A stretch of 24,288 nt of DNA from a virus. Taxonomy: Duplodnaviria > Caudoviricetes. The position numbers and the translations under genes were made by a program. The notes beneath the pieces are model-generated. The model searched no databases. It saw only the letters and a list, made by a program, of their open reading frames with translations, and had not been told where the DNA came from. Every line of letters begins with the position of its first letter. Position 1 is the stretch's first letter. Location of the stretch: positions 1 to 24,288 of the IMG/VR virus record IMGVR_UViG_3300049142_000039; one strand, written 5' to 3'. Of the stretch, positions 9,687-17,627 are shown one piece after another.

Positions 9687-11918
9687 ATGGCGATCCCCGG
9701 GAACCTCCTCAGCCCGACGACCGAGTCCATCGACCCGAACACCTCGGGCTGGACGACACTGCTGAACTGCACGATCACCAAGGGCGTCGGCGGGCGGAAC
9801 GGCGACGGCTGCCTCGCCGTGAAGTCCGTGTCAGCGGGGGAGATGCGGGTCCGAACCGTCTCCTCGTACCCAGTCACGCCGGGCACCGTCTACTACACCT
9901 TCTCGGATGCCGCTGGCGCCGGGAGTACAGGGGAGCGGATCGGTATCCGCTGGCTCAACGCCAGCGGCGGCGAGATCAGCATCACCTGGGCCGTGTCCAC
10001 GACCGGGGCGTCCGCGTCGTGGCACCGGGTGAGCGTGGCAGGGGCTGCCCCGGCCGGCGCCGCGCAGGCGCAGGTGGTGCTGTCGTCGACGGAGACTGCG
10101 GCGGCGGCCCTGCACTACTGGGAGAACGTCTACCTTGGCCCGCCGATCAGGACTCTTGGCAACTTGCTGCCGTTCAACACGGAATCGTCGGAGATCGACG
10201 CGTCCGGCTGGACGTCGGTCGTCAACGCGTCCATTTCCAGGCAGGTGCCCGTGGTGGCTTGGGGCGTCTCCGTCTATACGGCGGGCGGCCATACCCTGGC
10301 GATGACCGCGGTCGCCGCGGGCAACGCCTCGGTGTTGGCCGTGGACCGGCCGACGGTCACGCCCGGGCAGGAGTACCTGGCCTACGCCTACCTGCAGCCG
10401 CCGGTGCTCACCGCCCAGGCGTGGATCGAGCTCCGCTTCTACGACGCCAACGGGAACCAGGTCGGCGCACAGAGGAGCACCCTGGCGGCGCCGGGGACGG
10501 GCATGTACCGGCAGCGGGCGAGCATGGTCGCCCCCGCCAACGCTGCGACGGCCGCGGTGGCGGCCGGCCTCGACGGCGCCAGCGCGGGGCAGGTGCTGCG
10601 CCTGGAGACCGTGGCGATCGTCGTGCCTGGGGAAGTCCAGTCCGGCACGGTCGTGCGGTACGCGGACGCTTCGTTCGAGCAGGGCGTCGCTGGGTGGACG
10701 ACGGCGTCCGGGATGGCGACGCTGGCCAGGACGACACCGTGGGGCGCATCGTTCTACGAGGGCTCCTACGCGCTGGCCGCCACCTCGTCCACGGCCACCG
10801 CGTCGACACTCCGGTCCGCACGGTTCCCGGTGACGGGTGGCGTGAACTGGCGGGTGCAGGTCATCGCCAAGTCCGCGGCCGGGTCGTGGGCGTCGGTCCT
10901 GGTCCGGGTGCGCTGGTATGACGCGGCGAACGCTGACCTTGGGGCCAGCTCGGGGACGTCCTACAACGTCCCGGCCGGCTCCTGGTGGGGGCTCTCCTCT
11001 GACGGGCTCGCTCCTGCGGGCGCTACGCAGGCGGCCGTGGAGATCGTGGCCACCGCGGGCGCGGCATCCAGCGTCCTGCACGTGGACGCCGTCTCGCTGT
11101 GGCAGGTGCTTCCGCTCACGTCTGCGGAGGCCCGGTCCGAGGACGGCTACGTGCAGGTCACGCTGCGGGAGCTGCCCCTCGACTACCTCCTGTCGGTGTA
11201 TCGGGCGTCGGACAGCGGCGCCCGCACTCTGGTCCGCGGTCCGAACGGGCTCATCGACCAGCAGCCGATCACCTCGGATGTGCTGGTGATCGAGGACCAC
11301 GAGGCGCCGTTCGGGCAGGCGGTCACCTACCGCATTGAGATCTACGAGACACCCGGCGGTCCGAGGAGCACCCGCTCCTCGGACCCGGTGACGCTGACCC
11401 TGGACGACGTGAACACGTCGTGGCTGACGGACCCGGGCAACCCGCAGCGCGGTGTGCGGGTGCTGGTCGCGAAGGCGCCTGACTGGCAGCGGCCCATTGA
11501 GCAGGCGGCGTTCGTGGTCCGCGGGCGCCGCAACAAGATCGTGCTGTCCGGGCGACGGCAGGGCTTGGAGGGTGACCTGGCGATCTGGACCCGGTCCGAC
11601 GCCGAGCGGGAGGCGCTCCATCTGCTGCTCGACTCAGGCAACACGCTGCTATGGAGGGCGGCACCGGGGATGGGCGTCACCGACATGTACGTCGCCGTCG
11701 CCCAGATCACCGAGTCCCGGGTCGGCGCGCTCGCGCAGGAGCAGTGGAGGGCCTGGTCGCTGCCGCTGGTCGAACAGGACATGCCGATCACCACCGGCAT
11801 CAACGGCGCCGCCGGCCGCACCTGGCAGGACGTGGTCACAGAGTTCGCGACCTGCGCGGACCTGCTGCCCGTGTACGCGACGTGTGAGGACCTGCTGCTC
11901 GACCGGCGAATGGGGTGA
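9687..11918 (+). CDS. Minor tail protein: three carbohydrate-binding-like beta-sandwich repeats plus probable distal-tail domain
   Basis: GAGGAGG RBS; three repeats opening ESIDPNTSGW / ESSEIDASGW / ASFEQGVAGW with IRW/LRFYDA/VRWYDA motifs; first gene after the tape measure. Confidence 0.7.
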   Translation: MAIPGNLLSPTTESIDPNTSGWTTLLNCTITKGVGGRNGDGCLAVKSVSAGEMRVRTVSSYPVTPGTVYYTFSDAAGAGSTGERIGIRWLNASGGEISITWAVSTTGASASWHRVSVAGAAPAGAAQAQVVLSSTETAAAALHYWENVYLGPPIRTLGNLLPFNTESSEIDASGWTSVVNASISRQVPVVAWGVSVYTAGGHTLAMTAVAAGNASVLAVDRPTVTPGQEYLAYAYLQPPVLTAQAWIELRFYDANGNQVGAQRSTLAAPGTGMYRQRASMVAPANAATAAVAAGLDGASAGQVLRLETVAIVVPGEVQSGTVVRYADASFEQGVAGWTTASGMATLARTTPWGASFYEGSYALAATSSTATASTLRSARFPVTGGVNWRVQVIAKSAAGSWASVLVRVRWYDAANADLGASSGTSYNVPAGSWWGLSSDGLAPAGATQAAVEIVATAGAASSVLHVDAVSLWQVLPLTSAEARSEDGYVQVTLRELPLDYLLSVYRASDSGARTLVRGPNGLIDQQPITSDVLVIEDHEAPFGQAVTYRIEIYETPGGPRSTRSSDPVTLTLDDVNTSWLTDPGNPQRGVRVLVAKAPDWQRPIEQAAFVVRGRRNKIVLSGRRQGLEGDLAIWTRSDAEREALHLLLDSGNTLLWRAAPGMGVTDMYVAVAQITESRVGALAQEQWRAWSLPLVEQDMPITTGINGAAGRTWQDVVTEFATCADLLPVYATCEDLLLDRRMG

Positions 11919-11921
11919 TCG

Positions 11922-13016
11922 ATGTACCCCGTCACGGATCGGTTCCTGGCCCGGCTCGCCGAGTCCCATCGGGTCGCCACCAGGGTGCAGCTGTTCCTCA
12001 CGAACGGCGACGTCGTCGACCTGGAGCACACGGGCGGGTCGGTGACGGTGGACCGGGGGCAGGCGATCCGCCGTACCTGCACCGTCACGCTCGCCGACCC
12101 GACGCTGATCCCGCGTACCCCGACGGACCAGCTCGCCACCTACGGGGCCCGGCTGCGGCTGGCCCGCGGCATCGACTACGGCAACAGCGGGCAGCCCGAA
12201 CTGGTGCCGCTCGGCGTGTTCCGCCTCGACTCCGTCGACGGCGACGTCAACGAGGGTCCCGTCACGCTGCAGGGGAAGGACTTGTCGGCGATCGTCGCCG
12301 ACGACAAGCTCACCGAGCCGTGGACGTCGACGGGCACCGTGGTCGGCGCAGTCACCGCACTAATCCAGCGGAGCATCCCCGACGCCGACGTCATCAGCCT
12401 CATCGACGACGTAGTCATCGGCTCCCGCACCTTCGATCTACAGGCCGACCCCTGGGCCAGCGCCCAGGAGATCGCCGCGGCGGCCGGCGCAGAGGTGTAC
12501 TGCAACGCCGACGGCGTCTTCGTGATCGCCACCTTGCCGGACCTGCTCACCGCGGAGCCGGTGTGGGCCGTGGAGGCCGTCGAGGGCGGCGTCTACATCA
12601 AGGGCAACCGGGCCATGTCCACGGACAAGGTCTTCAACGGCATTCTGGCCCGTGGAGAGAACACGTCGGAGAACGTGCCGCCCGTCTCGTGGCTGGCCGT
12701 CGACGACGACCCCGGCAGCCCTACGTACTGGGGCGGCCCGTTCGGGCGCCGGCCGGATTTCTACAGCTCGTCGACGCTGACGACGCTGGCCGCGTGCCAG
12801 CAGGCCGCGATCCTCAAGCTGCGGCAGGCCAAGGCCCCGAATGCCACCGGCGACATCAGCTCGATGCCGAATCCGGCGCTGGAGCCGGGGGACGTCATCC
12901 GCGTCACCCACGAGGACGGTACCCGCGAGCTGCACCAGGTCGCTGCGCTCACCGTGCCGCTCTCCGAAGCCGGGGACCTGCCGATCTCCACGATCGCGGC
13001 CAAGGAGGACTCGTGA
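11922..13016 (+). CDS. Minor tail/baseplate hub protein (DUF5047-like)
   Basis: GGSVTVDRGQAIRRTCTVT, VPLGVFR, PNPALEPGDVIRV motifs; high GC3 frame; position. Confidence 0.75.
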   Translation: MYPVTDRFLARLAESHRVATRVQLFLTNGDVVDLEHTGGSVTVDRGQAIRRTCTVTLADPTLIPRTPTDQLATYGARLRLARGIDYGNSGQPELVPLGVFRLDSVDGDVNEGPVTLQGKDLSAIVADDKLTEPWTSTGTVVGAVTALIQRSIPDADVISLIDDVVIGSRTFDLQADPWASAQEIAAAAGAEVYCNADGVFVIATLPDLLTAEPVWAVEAVEGGVYIKGNRAMSTDKVFNGILARGENTSENVPPVSWLAVDDDPGSPTYWGGPFGRRPDFYSSSTLTTLAACQQAAILKLRQAKAPNATGDISSMPNPALEPGDVIRVTHEDGTRELHQVAALTVPLSEAGDLPISTIAAKEDS

Positions 13017-13621
13017 CGCTGGAGAAGCCTCCGCTCGCCGTCCACCGCGACCTGGCGTGGGCGCTGAAACAGCAGGCCACCCGCGCGGGGGAGGGCGCCC
13101 CGTCCGTCCGGGGTTCTGACTGGCGGCTCGCCACCGTCACCGCCGTCAACACCGACGGCACCGTCGCGGTCCAGGGCATCCCGGCCGTCCGCTGCATGCC
13201 CACCTACGACCTGCCCACCGTCGGCGACGTCATCGTCATCGACCAGAACAGCGCAGGGAACTGGCTGACCTGGGGGCGCCTCGCCACCGCCACCCAGACG
13301 TGGACGCTGCTCACACTCGCGGGCGGCTTCCAGTACCCCGGCCACGGCTACCCGCCCGGCTACCTGCGCGAAGGCCGCCGGATCTGGCTACGGGGCCGCA
13401 TCGGACCCACCTCGGGCACGATCGCCGACGGCGCCACCCTGCTCACCCTGCCGGACAGCATCCAGATCGGCGCGGCCATGTCGTGGTCGGTGGCCCGCGA
13501 CTCCAACGCCTTCCCCGCCGTCATCCGACTGGAGATCGCCGCGAACGGAACGATGCGCACCTACCAGCCCACCAACTTGCCCTCGTGGGTGTCCCTCGAC
13601 GGCATCAGCTACACCATCTAG
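13013..13621 (+). CDS. Minor tail protein (tail tip; 202 aa)
   Basis: AGGAGG RBS + GTG overlapping the upstream TGA; ATVTAVNTDGTV...PTVGDVIVI OB-like N-terminus and WTLLTLAGGF...SLDGISY C-terminal domain. This is the real 3' part of ORF 11915-13621. Confidence 0.75.
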   Translation: MTLEKPPLAVHRDLAWALKQQATRAGEGAPSVRGSDWRLATVTAVNTDGTVAVQGIPAVRCMPTYDLPTVGDVIVIDQNSAGNWLTWGRLATATQTWTLLTLAGGFQYPGHGYPPGYLREGRRIWLRGRIGPTSGTIADGATLLTLPDSIQIGAAMSWSVARDSNAFPAVIRLEIAANGTMRTYQPTNLPSWVSLDGISYTI

Positions 13622-13630
13622 GAGGGGCGC

Positions 13631-14251
13631 GTGCCCGATCCCGACAAGTGGGGCCAGGACATCCCGATCTGGCAGATGACCGACGCCCCGTCCATTCCCG
13701 ACGCGATCAAGGCTCTGGCCGACGGCGTCATACCGCGCGGCACCCTCTACTACGACTCTGCGGCCGAACGCGGCTCGACGCTCGTCGGCGCGCGGGCGCC
13801 CGTGGACGGCATGACGACCTGGCTGCGGGACGTGAAGCGCCTCGAGCTGCGCGTCGACGGCGAGTGGGTAGTCATCGCCGTCGGTGCCCGCACCTGGACC
13901 ACGGTCACCCTGACCTCCGGCTGGGCACAGAACGGCAACGCTCAGGGCAACCTGCAGTACCGGGTGGTGAACCTGTTCGGCGACGATTCGATCATGCTGC
14001 GCGGCGGCGTCAGTCGCGCCAGCTACCCGAGCACCCTGCCGGACTACTTCACCCTCAACACCACCGCACTGCCCACCTCCGCACGACCGGCGTCGCTTCG
14101 CACGGTTCCAGTGGTCTGCTCCGACCTGCAGTCCAACCGCATCACCCTCAAGCTCGACATCACGCCCGACGGTTGGCTCCGCCTCTACGGCGTCGACTCC
14201 GTCAACAAGCCTCCGTGGGTCGGCTTCAACGGAGTTTTCACCAGCCTCTGA
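13631..14251 (+). CDS. Minor tail protein / receptor-binding candidate
   Basis: GGAGG RBS; SAAERG...PVDGMTTWLRD motif; C-terminal domain resembles that of the preceding gene (WTTVTLTSGW...LPTSARP...WVGFNG). Confidence 0.7.
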   Translation: MPDPDKWGQDIPIWQMTDAPSIPDAIKALADGVIPRGTLYYDSAAERGSTLVGARAPVDGMTTWLRDVKRLELRVDGEWVVIAVGARTWTTVTLTSGWAQNGNAQGNLQYRVVNLFGDDSIMLRGGVSRASYPSTLPDYFTLNTTALPTSARPASLRTVPVVCSDLQSNRITLKLDITPDGWLRLYGVDSVNKPPWVGFNGVFTSL

Positions 14252-14312
14252 CCCGCACCAATCCGCTCGCCCCGCGCCACCGGCCGGGGCCTTCCTCATG
14301 CCTGGAGGCCTC

Positions 14313-15176
14313 ATGGCCAAGACCGGCTTGCAGCGCTATCCCGGCGCGTCCACCGCCTACTGGTACGGGTCGAAGTATCCGGGCTCGGCGATGGAGTCCA
14401 ACGTCATCGTCTGGCACACCACCGAGGGCACCTCGCTGCCGTCCTACGACGGCGGTGCCAGCGCCCCGAACTTCACCGCCAAGCCGGACTTCGCGGCGAA
14501 GCGGCTCGTCTGGTACCAGCACTTCGACTTCGACGTCTCGTCCCGTGCCCTCGTCAACCGGGCCGGCGGCGTGGAGACGAACACTCTGAACGCCTGCCAG
14601 GTCGAGATCGTCGGCACGTGCGACCCAACCACCCACACCAAGTGGACAAAGGCCGGCTACGCCCACCTGTACACGCCCGAGTTGCCCGACTGGGCGATCC
14701 GTGACCTGGCCGCGTTCGCGAAGTGGGCCAACCAGAACCACGGCGTGCCGCTCACCAGCGGCGTCACGTTCAAGGCCTACCCGTCCAGCTACGGCGCGAG
14801 CAGCGTCCGCATGAGCAACACGGCCTGGTCGAACTACCGCGGGCACTGCGGACACCAGCACGTTCCCGAGAACGACCACGGCGACCCCGGCGCCCTGCCC
14901 ATGGCCGCCATCCTCGCCCGCGCCAAGGGAAACACCGCACCCAGCACTACGAAGCCTGTGCCCGAGGAGGACAAGATGCCCACCGCCAAGGAGATCGCCG
15001 ACGCGGTGTGGAAGTACCCGCTGGCCAGCCCGACCGCGCAGAAGGGCACCGACGCCAACCGGGCGGCCGGCACCTTTCAGCGTTGGAGCGACCAGCACCA
15101 CGCCGACGTCATCGCTCGTCTCGACCGGCTCACTGCCGCTGTCGAGCGCCTCACCGCTGCCATCGCCAAGGGCTGA
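14313..15176 (+). CDS. Endolysin, N-acetylmuramoyl-L-alanine amidase (Amidase_2-like)
   Basis: GGAGG RBS before ATG 14313; Zn-ligand motifs VWHTTEG, QVEIVG, GHQHVPENDHGDPG. Confidence 0.9.
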   Translation: MAKTGLQRYPGASTAYWYGSKYPGSAMESNVIVWHTTEGTSLPSYDGGASAPNFTAKPDFAAKRLVWYQHFDFDVSSRALVNRAGGVETNTLNACQVEIVGTCDPTTHTKWTKAGYAHLYTPELPDWAIRDLAAFAKWANQNHGVPLTSGVTFKAYPSSYGASSVRMSNTAWSNYRGHCGHQHVPENDHGDPGALPMAAILARAKGNTAPSTTKPVPEEDKMPTAKEIADAVWKYPLASPTAQKGTDANRAAGTFQRWSDQHHADVIARLDRLTAAVERLTAAIAKG

Positions 15177-15199
15177 CTTCAACCCGGAACGGAACCTTC

Positions 15200-15556
15200 A
15201 TGAAGATCTTCGGCAGAGAGCCGGTCGTGGTTCTCAACACGCTGTCAGCCGTCCTCGGTCTCGTCGTCTCGCTGGGCATCACCAGCCTGACCGCGGAGCA
15301 GGCCGGCGTCGTCGTCGCACTGGTCTCCGCGATCCTCGGCGGGATCGCCGCCGCGATGACCCGGCCGATCGCCCCACAGGCGTTCACCGCGATCGTCGCC
15401 GCGGGCGCCACCGCCGTGGCCGCGTTCGGCTACGAGGTTTCGCAGGGGACCGTCGGCGCCATCAACACCCTGGTCCTCGCGGTGCTCACGCTGCTGACCC
15501 GAGTGCAGGTCACGCCGTCGAACCCGTCGGCTCCGGCCGGCCCGACGGCGGTCTGA
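15200..15556 (+). CDS. Holin (118 aa, multiple TM segments)
   Basis: MKIFGREPVVVL...LLTRVQVTP; about 4 hydrophobic segments; directly after the endolysin. Confidence 0.8.
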   Translation: MKIFGREPVVVLNTLSAVLGLVVSLGITSLTAEQAGVVVALVSAILGGIAAAMTRPIAPQAFTAIVAAGATAVAAFGYEVSQGTVGAINTLVLAVLTLLTRVQVTPSNPSAPAGPTAV

Positions 15557-15996
15557 TGCCGTGCCGTGCGGCCCGGCGGCTGCACAAGGCCCTGGGCCGC
15601 CGCGGCGTGTTCCTCCTCATTCTCGGCACCGGCAAGACCTGCTACGGCCTGTCGTTCCTGCTCACACCCCCCAGCGACCACGGCCTGCAGCTCCTCAGCC
15701 GGGTCGGCGACCTCCGGAACTGGTCCTGGCTGTGGATCATCTGCGGCCTCGTCACGTTCGGGTCCGCGTTCCTGCAGATCGGCCGCGACAAAGCAGGCTT
15801 CCTCGCCGCACTCGCTCCCCCCACGGTGTGGGCCATCGCCTACACCTACGCCGTCCTCGCCGACGGTTACTCCCGCGGCGGATTCGTCGCACTCTGGTAC
15901 CTGACCTCGCACATCGGGGTCATCTGTTGGGCGGCCACGGTGCCCGAGTACTCGGTCCCCCCAGCTCCGCGGCCCCAGAGAGGCATGGCCGCATGA
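15556..15996 (+). CDS. Membrane protein of the lysis cassette (about 4 TM)
   Basis: TGATG coupling to the holin; hydrophobic Trp-rich segments. Confidence 0.75.
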   Translation: MPCRAARRLHKALGRRGVFLLILGTGKTCYGLSFLLTPPSDHGLQLLSRVGDLRNWSWLWIICGLVTFGSAFLQIGRDKAGFLAALAPPTVWAIAYTYAVLADGYSRGGFVALWYLTSHIGVICWAATVPEYSVPPAPRPQRGMAA

Positions 15997-16325
15997 ACGT
16001 GGGCGAATGGGCGGCAGTCGTCGGAGCCGCCGGAAGCGCGCTCGGCGGGGGCAGCTGGTGGATATCCCGCGCCACACGCGACGCCGCACGGGCGACGGCC
16101 GCAGCCACCGTCCAGCAGTCCGCGAACCTCGCGGTCCTGGAAGCCACGGTGAAACGGGTCGACGAGGAGAACGGACAGCTGAGGGGCCGCATGTCCCGGC
16201 TGGAGGCGATGCTCCGCGCGTTCGCTTCGACGACCGACCGGTGGGCGCGGCAGATGCACCGGGCCGGCATCGAACCCGAGCCGCCGCACCCCCTGGTCGA
16301 CGAGTACAACCGAACTGGAGTCTGA
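15993..16325 (+). CDS. Membrane-anchored coiled-coil protein (110 aa)
   Basis: ATGA overlap; MNVGEWAAVVGAAG... hydrophobic N-terminus then heptads LEATVKRVDEENGQLRGRMSRLE. Confidence 0.75.
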   Translation: MNVGEWAAVVGAAGSALGGGSWWISRATRDAARATAAATVQQSANLAVLEATVKRVDEENGQLRGRMSRLEAMLRAFASTTDRWARQMHRAGIEPEPPHPLVDEYNRTGV

Positions 16326-16326
16326 G

Positions 16327-16503
16327 ATGCCCGACCCGATCCCGCTGCGCCCGCGCCGGGACGACTCCGCCGCCGACATGGGGTCACTGGTCCGCCTCGG
16401 CCGCGAGGAACCCCAGCCGATCCCGGAGCCGGCGACGAACCCGTTCCAGGAGCCGGTCTACCCGGACCTGCCCGACGGGTACGCTCCCGACGAACCCGCG
16501 TGA
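16327..16503 (+). CDS. Small acidic Pro-rich protein (58 aa; below the ORF-track cut-off)
   Basis: GGAG RBS at 16317-16320; MPDPIPLRPRRDDSAADMGSLVRLGREEPQPIPEP...DEPA; high GC3; followed by a terminator. Confidence 0.6.
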   Translation: MPDPIPLRPRRDDSAADMGSLVRLGREEPQPIPEPATNPFQEPVYPDLPDGYAPDEPA

Positions 16504-16510
16504 ACGACAA

Positions 16511-16545
16511 CGCCCCCGCCCCTGCTTCGGCAGGCGGCGGGGGCG
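16511..16545. terminator. Bidirectional terminator-like hairpin between convergent genes
   Basis: CGCCCCCGCC-CCTGC-TTCG-GCAGG-C-GGCGGGGGCG with a cUUCGg tetraloop. Confidence 0.8.
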
Positions 16546-16560
16546 ATTCGTCGCGTCGGG

Positions 16561-17202
16561 CTAGCTCCAGCCTCCGAGGAAGCCACTGCTCAGCTGCGCC
16601 ATGCAGATGTTGTAGTCGCCGGACGCGTGACCCTTCTTCGTCTCACCGTCCACCGTGACCGAGCAGTTGATGTCGCCACCGCCCATGAGCTGCGCCGACA
16701 CGTTGTAGTACATCGCCTCGTCGTCCAGCTTCAGCGTCTTCGTCATCGGCAGGCCCTTACCGGACCGGCTGTCGCTGTCGCTGCCGTAGTTGATGTCAAC
16801 ACCGGACGGCGCTGATCCCCACACCTTGAACACGACTTCGCCGGCGGAGCCCTCGTCGGACGGGGGATCGGCAGGCTTGTCGTCGGCCTCCGGCTTGACG
16901 GTCTTCGTGGTCGTGACCGTCACGGTCGGTGCGGGCTTGGCGTCGTCCTTAGCCGGCTTCGCGGCAGCCGGGGTTTCCGTCACTGTCACGGTCGGTGCGG
17001 GCTTGGCTTCGGCGCTGGTCTTCTCCGAGGACTCTTTGGCGCCGGATGAGCCGATCCCGACTCCGACGAACAGGATGAGGACCGCGACGGGGATGGCGAT
17101 GCGCTTCCGAGCCCACTTCGGGCGGCCTGCCGACGGCGACGGTGGCATCTGCGGCGGTCCCGGGACCGGAGGTCGGGCAGGCGGCGGCTGATTGAACGAC
17201 AT
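16561..17202 (-). CDS. Membrane-anchored protein with C-terminal MmpS-like domain (213 aa)
   Basis: Start MSFNQPPP at 17202 with a G-rich RBS; Pro-rich head, one TM, linker with AKPAPTVTVT twice, and C-terminal VVFKVWG...INY...INCSVTVDG...C with two Cys. Confidence 0.7.
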   Translation of the reverse strand: MSFNQPPPARPPVPGPPQMPPSPSAGRPKWARKRIAIPVAVLILFVGVGIGSSGAKESSEKTSAEAKPAPTVTVTETPAAAKPAKDDAKPAPTVTVTTTKTVKPEADDKPADPPSDEGSAGEVVFKVWGSAPSGVDINYGSDSDSRSGKGLPMTKTLKLDDEAMYYNVSAQLMGGGDINCSVTVDGETKKGHASGDYNICMAQLSSGFLGGWS

Positions 17203-17303
17203 GGGACCCCCCAAGGTTGAAGATTGGAACACTGTAGACCGCATGTGAGGGAACTGTGCGCACGGGTTACCGGGCTGTGACAGAACGAAGTCCTTGAAAT
17301 CAA

Positions 17304-17347
17304 TCCAGCAACTTGCTGGACAAGCAACATGACTTGCTGGGTACATT
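17304..17347. promoter_or_regulatory. Operator-like palindromes and candidate -10 upstream of the RNA units
   Basis: TCCAGCAA-C-TTGCTGGA (17304-17320), AGCAA-N6-TTGCT (17323-17338), TACATT (17342-17347). Confidence 0.5.
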
Positions 17348-17366
17348 GGCCCCACAACTTCATGCA

Positions 17367-17436
17367 CCTCCCGGTGCGCAGGCCGCGGCTACTTCTTTGG
17401 GTGAACACGCCGCACGCCGACTCTGATCTCGGGAGG
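17367..17436 (+). ncRNA. Short Y RNA-like unit 1 (70 nt) with Pro(UGG)-type anticodon loop
   Basis: Terminal stem CCTCCCG/CGGGAGG; shares CCCGGTGCGCAGGCnnCGGCTACTTC and TGATCTCGGG with unit 2; apical TTC-TTTGGGT-GAA; upstream of the TROVE gene. Confidence 0.7.
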
Positions 17437-17446
17437 CACAGCATCG

Positions 17447-17589
17447 GGGGTGCCCGGTGCGCAGGCGACGGCTACTTCCACTGCTAATGGGGTGGTTGCG
17501 GGTTCGAGTCCCGTCGGATGCTTAGCGGCTTCCGTAGCTCAATCGGCAGAGCACCTACGTACCGTCACCGATTTGATCTCGGGCACCCC
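17447..17589 (+). ncRNA. YrlA-like Y RNA unit 2 (143 nt) containing a circularly permuted tRNA domain
   Basis: 10-bp terminal stem GGGGTGCCCG/CGGGCACCCC; T arm GCGGG-TTCGAGT-CCCGT (17498-17514) precedes a closed acceptor-like stem (17515-17534) and D arm TA-GCTC-AATCGGCA-GAGC (17535-17552), the order described for bacterial YrlA; adjacent to a Ro60 gene. Confidence 0.88.
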
Positions 17590-17601
17590 ACTGCTGGACC
17601 T

Positions 17602-17624
17602 CCCCTCCACGTGAGGGGCTTTTT
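17602..17624 (+). terminator. Hairpin plus T-run overlapping the TROVE gene RBS
   Basis: CCCCTC-CACGT-GAGGGG-CTTTTT ending 3 nt before ATG 17628. Confidence 0.6.
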
Positions 17625-17627
17625 CGT

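Noticed and set aside
11915-13012. N-terminal part of the 568-aa ORF
   Set aside because: Arg-rich shadow frame over the real 11922-13016 gene; the real protein starts at GTG 13013.
17256-17270. Third Y RNA unit (GTGCGCACGGGTTAC resembles the scaffold 5' block)
   Set aside because: No matching TGATCTCGGG 3' block or closing stem; more likely promoter region of the minus-strand gene.
17203-17367. N-terminal extension of the MmpS-like ORF to 17367
   Set aside because: Runs through low-GC promoter/operator sequence; RBS and composition favour the start at 17202.
17476-17527. Canonical tRNA gene or tRNA 3'-half att site
   Set aside because: The D arm lies downstream of the T arm, there is no CCA, and the segment is enclosed in a 10-bp terminal stem; it fits a permuted Y RNA-like structure.
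17367-17589. CRISPR array
   Set aside because: Only two units of unequal length, with bipartite self-pairing repeats and no cas genes.
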